64,000 bases of DNA from Lingula anatina (lineage: Eukaryota > Animalia > Brachiopoda): contig CM120648.1 of the NCBI GenBank assembly GCA_051362555.1, positions 3,840,587 through 3,904,586 on the forward strand. The letters are read 5' to 3'. A program made the position numbers and the translations under genes. Positions 1 to 13,379 of this stretch are shown here, piece by piece. Each line of letters opens with the position of its first letter. Within the stretch, counting starts at the first letter, position 1. The notes under the pieces are model-generated. The model did not search any database, was not told the DNA's origin, and saw only the letters and a program-made list of their open reading frames with translations.

Positions 1-914
1 GGACGCCACCAAGTCCACTGCAATAAAAGAAGTGATTGAAATCCCATATCGTTTCAAAACTTCTAAAGCATTCGCCTTATTATAAGTATGGTAGTCGCCA
101 TCAGAGCAAAATCTAGCTTCTTGCGTTACTTAAAGGCGTTTTTCTGTCTTCTATTTCTTCTTCAATTACTTATTTGTTCAATTATTTATTTATTTTGACT
201 TATCACTCTTTATCATTTAGAAGTTCTTTATTTATTGACATATATCCACATTAAATGTTCATCCATCATACCACTACCTTATACAAACACAGTGTGAACA
301 GCTTTCTAAGCCACGAAGTGCCCAGATATTTAAAGTGTCAAAAACTGACAACAGTGAGAGCCTCAAAGACTTTTAGTCCCTGAACATTGTCAACTATTAA
401 GCAAAAAAAATTTTTACCAATTCATCCAAAAAATTTAATGCTAATGTAATGTGTTTTAGAAAATGTTAAAAAAATATTTAGGCTAATGTTTGCTTCAGAA
501 TAATACTTTTTGTATTATAAATGTACCATTCCACTTTTGGTTGTAAAATAAACATTATTTTTATAAACATAGGGTATCCAGGGAAACCTCCGAAAGAAAC
601 CTGGCGTTTGGCAACAAACTGATAACCTGCTCTCTAGTAAAAAAGATTGTTTTTGAGAAACTGTATGTTATACCCAGTACACCTGTTACATGGTGTGAAT
701 CATAGAGGTTTATGGGAGATATATCTCATTCTTCAAATCAATGATTAACCGACCACGCCATCGGCATATATTGTTCAGTGGAGGAGGTACCTCTCAGTAC
801 AACGAGGACTGATGATAAATATTGAGAATTATCTTCAACAATTATTAACCAACGCTGTGTCAACAACTATATCGCCTATCATGTCATCACTAGCGACTGC
901 CAAACTACCCCATG

Positions 915-1125
915 TCCATAGGACAGATCCAACTCTGTGGCCTCTCTCGCCGAGTGCAATCAGCTTAACTACTTGACCCTCCTCCCCTTGTTTCCAACAT
1001 ACTCGTATTATCACCGGTTTCTCTGTGTTTCACTCAACCCCAGGAGGAGGGGTGTCAGTCATTTGATCTGATTGCACTCGGCGAGAAGGACCGCGGAGTT
1101 GAATCGATTTACGTAGACCGATGGT
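915..1125. mobile_element. Degenerate MITE-like inverted-repeat element (family also at ~15115-15265 and ~16205-16385)
   Basis: Imperfect inverted arms (tctcgccgagtgcaatcag ... ctgattgcactcggcgaga). The core tttccaacatactcgtattatcacc...actcaa recurs in two caspase introns. Boundaries are approximate. Confidence 0.55.
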
Positions 1126-1701
1126 GTCTGTGGGAATGAGACCAAAGATTGGTTGAAGGATGGTAAATAAGTGCCTAAACTGTCAACTCAAATGGGAAAT
1201 GTTGTCCCTGAATTGTAGGTATTCATAATATATTCTTACAGATCTGATACATCTTCGGAAAGAAAAAAAATCGCTGTTTGTTTTAACTTTGTGGCATTTG
1301 ATTCCGTTGACTAAAAAACATATCAGTGTAAGTCCACTTAGAGAATGATATTGCAACTATACGGCAAATCGTAAGAAATATCTATTGTGTCGAACCAATG
1401 GGCACTTTCGTGTTAATGAACTAACACAGGTTTTATTGACTGATGTTGGCCAAACTATTTAAGTCATATAGTTGCCTCCACCTTTCGCCTAAGGCCAATT
1501 TCTGACTCTGAGCCTAAAAGAAAAGAGACACGTCACTGTGGGCTACCTCAATTACATAAAATATCACATTTTTGTATGAAATAAATTTAAACGCGAAAAA
1601 CCGACAAGAAATTTAATTTGCTGTCGTGGAACATTAAGAGGGGTGCGTACTGCTATGCATATTTTACAAATTAGTGTTAATATTTTTTTTGAAATATTTA
1701 C

Positions 1702-1864
1702 CTTGCGATTGTTGCAAATCAAAGGTCTGCTTTACAGCCAATTGGTAGGCGTTGAAAGCGTAGATGGAGCCTGCAAACCCCATTCCAAGACAGCCTACAA
1801 AGAGAGCAAATATTCTGAGAACGACGACGACTCGGTCCATAGCGGTGCATTTCACTGACACCAT
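1702..1864 (-). CDS. First coding exon of a Nodulin-like/NFD4/MCH1-type MFS transporter (paralog A; remaining exons lie left of the window)
   Basis: MVSVKC...FALFVGCLGMGFAGSIYAFNAYQLAVKQTFDLQQSQ followed by a G|GTAAAT donor at 1701. It aligns with exon 1 of the gene at 8791 (GCLGIAFAGTIFAFSSFQLALKQRYSFSQST), with the same phase-1 intron position. Confidence 0.8.
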
Positions 1865-2949
1865 GAAAGATAATTATATAGGAACAACTTCAGCTACAGA
1901 GTAACAAATCCCATCTGCGCGTGCGTTGGGACAAGAGGCAGACGATAAATGATTACGCCATTCGCTTGATAACGCAGAGTGATAAGGGCGACAATGATGA
2001 TAGAGGCCTGAACAAGGGTGAAAATATCCTCATGACTAAACAACACAGCCAAGTTGGGTAAATCAGATTTGGAAATAAAAAATCGCCTCTACTACATCTA
2101 CACACACTGGACAATAGAAGTGTCACCCCTACTGAACCACCAATACTTTAGGGGAGATAAATGACTGTGGAATGATATGCTCCTGGTATCATTTTATTAA
2201 CATCAGATTTCACAAAAAGACCAACAATACAATTCCATGGTACAGCGGTTTTATACTCATTAGTCACATTATAAGTAGACCAGGCATTATAACTTTGATT
2301 ACTCTGATTCAGGGGGTGACATGTGTGTGCATGTAGGTGCCTTCTTTATCCAGTGTTAAAACGTTAGCCATTTTATAGTACATTTAACCTGAGTCACTCT
2401 AAGCCCTTTCATCGCGGATAATACCCTGATAGCACATTTGTATCATATGGTCGTTATATGCATATGTGCATTCAGGTACGGAGATATATTGCGCCTGAAA
2501 CAATTGTACCTGAAATATGTCTCACAAATGCGTTTTAAATGCGGGGCTTTGGCCAGATGTGTGAGATGAGATATAGAGCAAGAGAGCTAGCACATGTACA
2601 ATCATTTTGAAAGATCTAAATTGCAGCTGATATCCTAATCGACGCTGTCTTAATTTGCAAATCTAGGCAAATTTCGACTAGATAAGGGTTCAAAAATAGG
2701 ATGAGTTTTAACGACGCGCTTTACCAAAGCCAGTGCTAAATGTATATATATATATCATATGCCTTGCAAATGAAAAACAAACGACACTTTCCAGCGCCAT
2801 AAATTAATTCGCTTATCGATGTGACATATAAAACTATTTGAGGGTGTGTGTTCTTTCGTGTCAAATGGCAGTATTATACAGTATTATACTTTCGTATCAA
2901 ATGATTACAATTTTCTTGCACTTGCACTTTCTGTAAACACGTCGCTCAA

Positions 2950-2952
<3 letters not shown>

Positions 2953-3008
<56 letters not shown>
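2953..3008. repeat. (TA)n microsatellite
   Basis: Perfect dinucleotide run. Confidence 0.95.
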
Positions 3009-3011
<3 letters not shown>

Positions 3012-3033
3012 TCACGATCTATCAAACGCAGTA

Positions 3034-3277
3034 GGGGAGACCGGAGCTAGTTGAACCCCGGGGTAAGTTGGCGAACCATCAATTTATGACAAAGTAACTA
3101 TGGGGTAAACGAATTGACCACATCATTTTGTAAAGTGACTGTATCCAACAGTGCTAAGAAAGCGTCGGCAGTGAGTCCAAGTGTCCAAATGAAATAATTT
3201 AGCATATTAAAGTAAAATTATTAAAGAGACTTGATGGGGGCCAACTTACCCTGGGGTCCAACTAGCCCGGTCTCCCC
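3034..3277. mobile_element. Tc1/pogo-type MITE with TA target-site duplication
   Basis: TIRs ggggagaccggagctagttg... / ...caactagcccggtctcccc, flanked by TA at 3032-3033 and 3278-3279. Confidence 0.8.
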
Positions 3278-5283
3278 TATCTATGCATCACATATACAGT
3301 CGCCTTAGACTCCCTGTCATATGTTTAAAATTTAATTCAGAAATGTGATGAAGTCCAACACAGTTAAAATATTAAGGAAAAAATAAATAAACCAATCAAC
3401 TTATGCCCTTACCAAGGCACGATGTGAAAACGGTCTCCGCGTATTTTTGTCTGTCTATACACCTGTAGGCCTACGCGGGGAAGGGGGGGGCATGCAATTA
3501 TCTCTAGATTGTATCTTAATTGTCTAAATTTTTGATAGATACATGCATTTATTAATTGATGAAAGCATGAAAGGCCGTAAACGGAAGCTACTATGCGCAC
3601 CAGCACCCAAGCGCAGTCTAACTCACAGCGAGATAAGTGGAATGAGACGATATTCAAATGAGGCTATTATGTGCGTTGTGAAAGCCGTCAACAAGGGGTT
3701 ACAAATATATCTACCTCGTCTCTACCAGGGACTTTTAGGTAGCACTGGGTTAAATTAAATACTGCATGAACGAAGCTTGGGCACTGACAATAGACAACAC
3801 GCTGACGATACAAGAACGCTTCCATATAGGGCACCTAAAGCATTACTTTTGCCTAGCAGGTGACATAAGGATTGTGCCAAGTGTACTTGTGACTTTCAAC
3901 TTGTTTATGAGTAACTGACAAGCAAATAAGTAGTGTTGGAATCGGAGACATTGGCTTTGGTAGTGACTGTGACAGGATCTTAACTGCTCAGTAACGGATG
4001 CGCCCACTTTCCTGGTACACGAGACTAGCCAGCGGTGCAACACGAGGGGAGAGCAGTGTGAACAGAAGAGATATCAAATCGTCGCATGCTCGTGAGTATT
4101 ATAGCTTATATTTATATTACAGCTTATAGCCACGTGCACAGTTCACCCCTTGAGAACAAAATACCCTACCCTCTTCTTCCCTCTACCAGGGTGGCAGATA
4201 GGCCCCTATTATAGGGAAAAGTGAAAACGCCATAGATAGTCAGGTAGTCAAAGTCAGAGATAGTAAAATGACCGCCTATTTCTCTAAAAACTTATCCTGT
4301 GAATATCCTGTGAAAAGTCAACCTGGGTAACCCTCAACCAGGGTCACAGGTTTTTTACTAGATATTCAGCGATATGTCGCTTTCTAATGTATGACAAACA
4401 CCCCTGCGTTGGTGAAAAGCGTACATAACATCTGAGGCCTGGTAGAGGGTAAAACAATGCCCAGTCTTGTTATAACCAGCATGCATGTAGGTCATGTATG
4501 CGTCGGATGTGTACCTTAATTCCATCTCTCACGACTCACAGTTGCAGTATGGCCAAGGAGATACATAAATTCCTCTGTATGACTAACTGGTGTGTCACTT
4601 CAATCTATCTTGGGTCCTAGCTTCAATATAGGATTCATTCTACCAAGAGACTTGAGTTAAATTGAAGTTACCCATCACATAGCCATATGCACTGTGACTG
4701 TAGTATACATGTTTACATGTATCTGATGCTTAAATGTAATATAGAATTATTTATTTTACAAAGAGACTGGAGTTGTATGTATCACCCAGTCGTGCATAGC
4801 GTTCGTGTCACTTGTATTTTATAATGGGCTCGTTGACTCGTAGCGACCTGCACGCGTTGCATACCTGATCACTGCGGCACCCCACTGAAGCACAAAAAAG
4901 TTGCTACTGTTAAACATGACAGTTTTTGTAATATGGTGATGCACTGCTATCTCCGACTGACCGGCCGGGGTCGTAATGCATCCCCCCCCCCTCCAACCCC
5001 GTTTTTGCGTGTCTTGCTGTTCGCCTTTTCTCCTACAGTGTACAACCCCTTATTAAATTTTCGTTGTTATGGCTGTTTCCCAACTGTCGGCACGCAGAAT
5101 AACGTAAAAATTAAAAAAAAAAAAGGTTAAATGAATTCTAAAAAAAGTGAAGCGATTGGAGCAGAATCGTATAAGTGAAGATGATTAAAGTTTGCTGGTG
5201 GAGAGGGGGGAGGGGAGAGCAAAATTATGAAGTAAATATAAGGTCCTAATAACCATGAAATATTTTTGGACAATTTATAGAAA

Positions 5284-5350
<67 letters not shown>

Positions 5351-5351
5351 A
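5284..5351. repeat. Compound (TC)n(CA)n microsatellite
   Basis: Direct inspection. Confidence 0.9.
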
Positions 5352-6399
5352 ACTCCTCTAAGAGACAGCGACATTCCAGTTGTTTGTAAAAGAACTGTTC
5401 ATTTACATTTTAATTTTAAAAAATAGTCACAGTAAAAAGTCTATCTGTTTCTAGCAGTAGGCCCTTATTTCATGGAGTAAAAATTGCACTGTCTTCGAAA
5501 CGAAGTTCGTGTCACTTCCAATGACATATAGGTTGGTGAATGACCTTTATCCGACCAAAAGACTGTTGTATAATACTGTCCTAAAATTTCATTTAAACTA
5601 TTTCGAAGCATAAGAGCCCAGCTCAGTAATTTCTCGGTCTGATTCTGGTCGCAGTGAATACGAGTTTACAATAGTTGCAGATAGCTGCACGCGCGTCACT
5701 CCCGCTTAGTTTATTTGGACTGGTTTGCAGGCAGCGAGATACGCAGTTCATGCACTGATGAGGGGCAAGGGAGATAATAGAGATTTTTTACGGGTAATTT
5801 CACCTTTTTTTTTTTTTTTTTTTTTGGAACAGCATAAGCCTCGCGTGACGTGTACCACACCTTAAATGTGGTATGGAATATTTTTCTGATGTTACGTTTT
5901 TTATGTTCCTCTTAAGCTCTTAGAGACACTATATAACGTGAGTGTACGGTGGTAATATCAGATCTGTTTACTTGATTGCCTATTTTTCTACATTTACAAT
6001 TGTGAATTTTTTTTACTCTCTCCTCACGTTGAAATAAATTATATAGTTCATTGGTTTAGCTATGCATGTAGGCCTACTTGCAATAGGCCTTCATTCCAAT
6101 ATGAAACATCGGACATAAAAATTAATGGCTACGGCTCAATATGAATAATGTATCCTAAATTGTATCGTTTATCAGGATCGCCGACATAATTACAGACTTG
6201 ACATTTAATATGGAATATTTCAGTTTTGAAGGTATACCTAGGTAAAAATGCGTTCTTTTAAAAAGAAATTCAGATTTCATATAAGACATCTGACTGGAGA
6301 AGTGTAAAGTCAGGTGTGTCGCTGCCAATTAACTGACTACCAAGTCTGTTGCACTGCTGCCTTGTGTAATATGCAGTAATTTAATAGGGCAGTGTTCCT

Positions 6400-7540
6400 T
6401 TGGGCTGGTCAAAGCTTGGCTTTGGCGAAGGATGGTTCTGTCAAAAAAGTATCCATATGTCGGCAAATACTGCATAGAAGAATTTGAATTTTTGCATGCC
6501 AGCGGTCGGTTTTGCAGTGCGTAAAATGAGTTAAGCAGCGTTTTACAAAACTGTTAAGCTGTGCCAGAATGGCGCGAAAAACACAGACATTGCCAGACAG
6601 ATTATTGTGTCAAACGGAACGGTCTACACAGTTTTATAGAGTTATGTTCAGTTTGAGGCACTACACAGAGACCAAGCCCAATGCATCGACGTCTTACCAC
6701 CAGTGTATAGGACTCACTGTCCTTCAGGATATGCTGCTGCAATTAAACCAAAACCACCCAGTCTGTTTTGAATGAGGAACAAATTGTCACCAAAACTTGT
6801 TTTTCAAGGCTCTTAGCGAACACCAAACTGATTTCAGCAGGTTAGGATTCCAGGCGACCTCTGAGGAAGCCACTGTAAACAGCGAAGCAGCCTAGTCTGT
6901 TTCTCTAATGAATTGGGGACCATGACAGTTTCTGGGTAAAACACTGAAACCGCGTGGCTTTCTTTATTAAGGTCAATTTTCACCTGTACCGCTAAACTGG
7001 TCAAAACAGAGTTTACAGACATTCTGAAGAGGCCTTCGACGAAACGTGTGCCACTTCTTAAGTGACTAGGGTCATTGACAGTGTCAGTATTTGGAGTGGA
7101 TACCACATTGGTGCCAAAACACCAATGGTAGTCATCGATGAAAACCTGAACCAGATCAAATAAAGGAATAATCTGGGAACCACTTGACTATTATTTGATA
7201 GGGGGCACCTTAGGAACAATTTTAGGTTGCAGGGTGAGGTTGCCGGTTCACACAGAGCACATTAAATAGCAGATAACTTACAGAACCAAGGGAATGAGTA
7301 GCTACCTTGGTCATCAAAGTCGCCATATTTGAACCACATAGACAATATGTGGGTAGGTTATTACTCGCCGAATCAACGGCCTGCATGTCCTACATCAAAA
7401 CTGAGCCAGATTGGACAAGTTTTAACCGTATTCTGGAATTTTATTCCAGATTAAACTCTAAAAAGCCTATCATAAGAAATGCCTTGCGGCTTGAAAGCTC
7501 TGGTAGCAGCAAGATGAGGTCAAGCGTAACAGCGACTGTT
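6400..7540 (+). mobile_element. Decayed Tc1/mariner transposase relic
   Basis: Same-frame motifs SVSIWSGYHIGAKTPMVVIDENLN (7080-7151, cf. SVMVWG...TPLVxIDGNLN), NFRLQGEVAGSHRA (7218-7259, cf. FQxDNAxxHRA) and PWSSKSPYLNHIDNMW (7305-7352, cf. WPxxSPDLNPIENxW), interrupted by stop codons. Ends are approximate. Confidence 0.7.
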
Positions 7541-8790
7541 GCTGTGACTAGACACTGACATGGGGGGCCTGTGTGGGGCGTGTAACTCTTTTAAAGACAA
7601 TAATTAGGAAAATATAAATATCCAAAATATCGCTCTCAATGGTTGTCGTATGACTTAAAATAGGCAATGTATTTTTGTTTGCTTCACTGACGAATTCAAT
7701 TAATGAACTGATGTCACAATGACATCGAAGAGATTATCAAAAGTTATTAAAACACGATTTTAATCCTTATTTTCATTTATCAGTCAGCAAAATAGGAAAA
7801 AAATTGATGAATTATGTTTTGGAAAAAATATTCCATTTTAATGTCAAGTCTGTATATGCTATATATATATGAGTTGGCACAGGTCAGCCATTTGTTAAAT
7901 CCTGCCATCGTTAGCCAACTTCACAAATAGCCAACTACGCAAAGTCGACTTTACGATGCTGGTCAGACAGCTTTTAGGAAAGATTGGTCCGGGATCAATA
8001 TTTGACACACCCAAATGGGGTACTGCCGTCACTGGGTAAAAATCTTCGTCATGAGGACAACCACTGATTTGCTAAAAGAACAGGCATCGATTAGCGATCT
8101 CTTAGATTCCTGATGAAACGCACCTTAGTTGGTTGAATCTTTATATAGCCTGATGTGTTACAACTGTAGCGCCAACACTGACTTAAAAAGACATGATGTG
8201 TAACGAATGCCCAAAGTGAGAGTTCCAGAGCTCGAAAAACAACTATCGTGTTGCCGTTAGCAGACATTTCATCGTGGGCAGAAAAGTGGTAGCATCAGTG
8301 CTCTGGACTTGTAGGCAGTGAACGACCTTTTAAGCTGTAAAGCTGGAAGTAGGGGTATCAATCTAGACTTAACTACTGTGGTGGCAAAAGTAAATTTCGA
8401 CAAGACGTTCAAAATGGCTTTTTTCCTAGGTCAATGTCAATTAAGTCTGGTTCGCTTGAGATTTATTAGTAGGGGACTGGTGTTTTTTTTTTTTTTTACC
8501 TTGTTTTATTATCATACAATTTCATTTCCTTTATTTCATTTTATTATATTTAATCTTAATTATTTTAATTTTGTTTAATATACAAAACTTTTATTCATAT
8601 TCGTCTTGATGGCAGCGTGTTAAACGGAAGATGACTGGGCACTCACTCCATCATACTGATCGCTTTATTATTTTTAATTCAGATCTCCAACTTGCAGTTG
8701 CATGGACATCGTATCCGAACTGATGTATCAAAGGACAGAACTGTAGTTCACCATAACTAACGTCGAAGCAGAAAATCAAAGCTCTCCAAA

Positions 8791-11646
8791 ATGCCGAGAA
8801 CATTTTTAGCTATCTTGGAAAGACTTGGGGAGTTTTTCAGGCGTACTTCCGTACAGCAGGTCCTTGTCCTCGTCGCGGGGTGTCTTGGGATCGCTTTCGC
8901 CGGGACGATCTTCGCTTTTAGCTCGTTTCAACTGGCGCTGAAACAGAGATATTCCTTCTCACAATCTACGGGTAAGTGTCACGCTTCTGCTGGACTACAA
9001 GTGAATTGAATGAACCGTTCTTGTTTTGTTTCCTTTTAGGCTTTGTTAAAGGCACACAAAGAGCGCATTCTCAACGAATTAAGCCAGGCTTTACAAAGCC
9101 GGTGACCTAAAAATGGCGGACGTACATGAAAGAAAAACCGCCTAATCTTTTAATAGTCTCTCCGCCTCCCCACACGTCGTCCCTGCGGGGTACAGTAATT
9201 AAATCTCGGCTCCGTTCGCCATGCGGAAGCTACCTGAGAAATATTAAGTGCGCATGCTCACCGGTTAAACTCGTGGTGAAGAAGGCATAGCGGCTGAAGG
9301 CGATCGAAAAAAAAAAAAAAAAAGCTCTTCTGTTCTATTATCTTTGAAAACAGAGACGAAAAAGGAATAATTTGGCCCGTAGAGCAGCAATGAATCGACT
9401 ATCTAAGGAGATAATATCACCAGAGATATTCACGGAAATATTAATGTTCGGAGCCGAGATTTAATTACTGTACCCCGCAGGGACGACGTGTGGGGAGGCG
9501 TGTGAGAGGCGGAGAGACTATTAAAAGATTAGGCGGTTTTTCTTTCATGTACGTCCGCCATTTTTAGGTCACCGGCTTTGTAAAGCCTGGCTTAATTCGT
9601 TGAGAATGCGCTCAAAGAAAACCAACACGAAATCCCTAACCGTTTACTCTAATGCCATTTTTACAATATAAACGTTATCCTTGTCTTGTGTTGGTACAGT
9701 ATTAATCCAAATCACCATTATATTCATCAGTCTTTTTTCTACGTAAAATAACACATATCGTAATATAGACAAACCGGAAAACCATCCTTTTCCATGTACG
9801 GTTATCTGAAATACACACACATGCACACATATATCGACCATTATCATAATTTTATGTATTTCAGAGTAATATTGTCATGTGAACGTAAGAGCTTTGAAAC
9901 TAATTGTTTTCCCAGTAACCTGTTAATACAATTGGTCAAATTTTGAATAGCGTACATTTATCTGGAACTGCATTAGACTTTAAATGACATTCATTGAGAT
10001 ACCATTAAAGGATTATGCGGTTTTCCTTTCATGTAGGTCCGCCATATTTAGGTCTCGGCCGTGCTAGACCTCGGCTCTTCTCGATGTGAATGCTCTCTAA
10101 CACCGTTCATGCCTTTCCTCATTTTAGTTGAAAACATAGCCTCCTTGGGAAACATGGGTATTGCGTTTGGTGTCCTCCCAGGGTATCTGACCGACAAATA
10201 TGGCGGGAAACTTACGCTGTTTATTGCAATCATCTTACAGTCGGGTGCATATGTGGTGCTGTGGTCTGCGGCTCCTCTCGTGAGTTTCTATAACAGAGAG
10301 GCCTGGTTATTACATCTGTATTTCTTCTTCGTGGGTGAGTATGTTTAACTTTTATTATTAGCTCAATGTCTCTTGGTGTTGTCTATGTTTCAGTCTTAGA
10401 GCATTTGCATAATTAAAAATGTCAATATGAGTTAAGGGCGTTATTGTAAAAGACGGGGGGGGGGATATTTTGGGGCAACCCGACCGTGGTTAGGGTGGTG
10501 GGGGGGGGGGGGGGGGGAGGATGGAGGGTTATGAAATGGTGGCGCTATGAAAATCTCCCCAATAAGTTTGAAGATAACATATCACATTAATGTGTTTTCG
10601 GTGTTACAGGTTTAGGGGGCAGTTTCACGTACTTCAGCATACTCACAATTAATGTTGGAAACTTCCCTCGCCGACACCATGGCAAGGTGATCGGTCTCTT
10701 GGATGCCTTCCTCAGTGCAGGGAAAGCTGTGTGCGCAGGTATATATGGTGGCCTCTTCGTCAATGGACACATTAACGGAGACGAAAGAAAACAAGACCTA
10801 GCAGGGTATTTCATAACAATTGCAGTACTGGTTGCAGTAGTGAATACAATATGTCTGCTGACCCAGAAACGCTTTCCACCGGAACCAGAAGTGGATCGGG
10901 GTGAAGCAGACGACAGCATTGAGTTGGTGACTCAAAATTCCGAACCTAGTGAAAGCACAAGTTTGACACAAGTCAAACCCCATATAAGCGAGGACGATCA
11001 AACGATCTTAGTTTTATTTAAAGACTGGGACTTCTGGTACATGCTGCTCATCGTGACGTTTGGCACATCGGTACAATTAACTATCATTGCAAATTATACA
11101 CTCTTCCTGCAGTCATTCGGCCATGAAGAGCTTAACGTCGCTTTTACTGTCGCTTCCCCCTTAGTCGGCTGCTTTGCTAAGGCTTTCAGCGGGCTTTTGT
11201 CTGACTTTGTGATCAAGGAACTCCCAAGGGAATATTTCGTGCTTATAACAGCCGCAGCACAAACTATTATTTTGGTACTATTCATCTTTTATGGAGATAG
11301 TGTACTTATGATGATCTTCCTTGTTATCGGAATCAACATACCCAATGGGGCGTTATGGAGCCTGGCGCCCGTTATAACCGTTGAGATTTTTGGATTGAAG
11401 CACCTCGGGAGGAACTGGGGCTTCTTTCAGGCCGGAAGTTGCATTGGTGTTGTCGTGCTTCAAAGGATATATGGCGCCTTATATGATTATTATGGTTATA
11501 TTGACGCCACGACCGGCGAAACAAAGTGCTTCGGGCGCAAGTGCTTCATGCTCAGCACAACTGTTTCCGCTGTACTCAGCGCATGCTCGGTGCTTCTTCT
11601 AATTGGACTTTTGGAACGAAAATACAATGCACTAAGAAAAAGATAA
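8791..11646 (+). CDS. Nodulin-like/NFD4/MCH1-type MFS transporter (paralog B), 474 aa; exons 8791-8971, 10128-10334, 10610-11646
   Basis: GT-AG introns join in frame (1425 nt). Multiple hydrophobic helices, MFS loop motifs GYLTDKYG and GLLSD, NFPRRHHGKVIGLL, EIFGLKHLGRNWG, and the C-terminal CFGRKCF typical of NFD4/MCH1-like proteins. Confidence 0.88.
9061..9613. mobile_element. MITE with ~155-bp near-perfect TIRs (PIF/Harbinger-like ends GAGCGCATTC) in MFS intron 1
   Basis: 9061-9214 is the reverse complement of 9449-9613 apart from an 11-bp extra segment. AAA flanks both ends. The superfamily call is inference. Confidence 0.85.
10006..10097. mobile_element. Older solo right-TIR relic of the same MITE family
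   Basis: aaaggattatgcggttttcctttcatgtaggtccgccatatttagg...gaatgctctc aligns with 9523-9613 and is followed by TAA. Confidence 0.7.
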
Positions 11647-12040
11647 TGTTGGATTAAAACTTTAGAGAACATGTCGTTTGTGCAATACGTTTTCATTCTA
11701 TCATAAATTTATATAAATAATTGGCATTTTGTACAAAGTTTTCAAAAGTATATTGGATACTGATATACTGTAGTTTTCTATACTGTAGTTTTCCCTGCTT
11801 TAGTCTAGACATTATATAATGTATATCAAACTGTATATGGTAATCACTCTGCGGATTACTTCTTGTATTTGTATTTGATCATGCCCGGATGTAGGGCGAT
11901 AGTCAATAAACTTCTGATCTGATCTATAACTGAAAATAATAAAATATATAGAATAAAATTTGAATTTCCTTTTATACCTAGTAATATTTTAAGTCGAGAA
12001 CCCAGCTTCAGTTGGACCTATAACAGGGCCTACAGTTCAC

Positions 12041-12071
<31 letters not shown>

Positions 12072-12489
12072 TCTATCGATTAATCTTTGCACATTTGGTT
12101 ATATATTGGCCTGTATATAAGGCAATAATCTGAACAGCCGATTCACGGAAGCATTCAAATATAAAATGGCCTGCCAATTAAATTTCTTAAGTGATAATTA
12201 TAACATTTGAAAACTGGAGATGAAACTTATAATTGGCATGTCAGGTTTGAAAATATACATATGATTTTTATCAGAAATTTTGAAGGCTTATGTACAAACT
12301 TACATAATGATGACGTCGGTGGGACGTTCTATTTAAATCTCGCGATGCTGAGATATAACGAGACCAAAATCAAGAACCGGGTTGGGCCTCTGGAAAAGGA
12401 TCTGGATGTCATAAGAAACGTTAAGAGTATGATACTGATTTTGAAAATGAACATAAGAATCCACCCAAGGAAAATGGGACATTCGCTAA

Positions 12490-13200
12490 TTATTATTATT
12501 TTATTATTTATTGCGGTTCAAGTACATTTTTTACAATGACTATGACCTAACAGTATACATAATATAATCATATAACTAAAATTACAATAGTAAATTACAA
12601 TATTGTTTATACAATAACTGTGATCAGATTTTACAATTGCAGTATACGCTCGTTACTTTGGTTGACTAGGTGGTGGTTGGTTGAGAATATTTTTTCTTTC
12701 CTTATTACACATTGTGATATAGTGGGCCACATTCTTTATAACATGTAAATCGTTTGACTGCATTATGCATTTGAACTGACCCTCTGGGGTTTGTGTAGGA
12801 TGAATGAAACACCCTGCACTGCTGTACGCCAGTGATTTGACCGTATTAGCCTTCAAACACCGGGAGTAATGAATAACGTGATCGATGTACACATAGGACT
12901 TTTTAGCACTCACTTCAACCTTTGAGCCCTACAGACTTTTTGTTTCTGCCAACAAGTATAAATTGTGAAGGCTGATTTCATTACATTTGTCTTTATTTCC
13001 TTTGTAGTTGAAAAAATTGCGAGTTTTCACGTTCTTGATTCATTTCCTTTCACAAGCTGTATAAATTGTGCTAAAGGTTTGTTAATGCACCTGATCTATA
13101 ATAATGTTTGTAGTTTATAATCAGAAACTGATATGATTATTTTGACATTAAGCGATAAACATAAAAAATTCTGTTTTTGGAGATAAAAAATACCCTTAAA
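12490..13200 (-). mobile_element. Possible decayed LINE (CR1/L2-like) 3' fragment
   Basis: Weak resemblance of the - strand translation (NTVKSLAYSSAG) to LINE ORF2 C-termini, ending at an (AAT)n-like tail. Tentative. Confidence 0.3.
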
Positions 13201-13379
13201 TACTTGACATGAATAGGCCTACATAAAGCAGAACACATACATGTCCTTTTTGCTTCGATTAAAATAAATTGCTTTATAGTATATATAAGTACTTTTAGTC
13301 GTTAGGACATAAAGGCATAATTCCAATAAGAACAATTATTGCACTTTTTGAAACTCGGACCGACCATTCGCCTGTCTCT

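Noticed and set aside
3543-3758. ORF with RYSNEAIMCVVKAVNKG resembling a pogo HTH-psq N-terminus
   Set aside because: Too short and degenerate to call; at most a transposon relic near the MITE at 3034.
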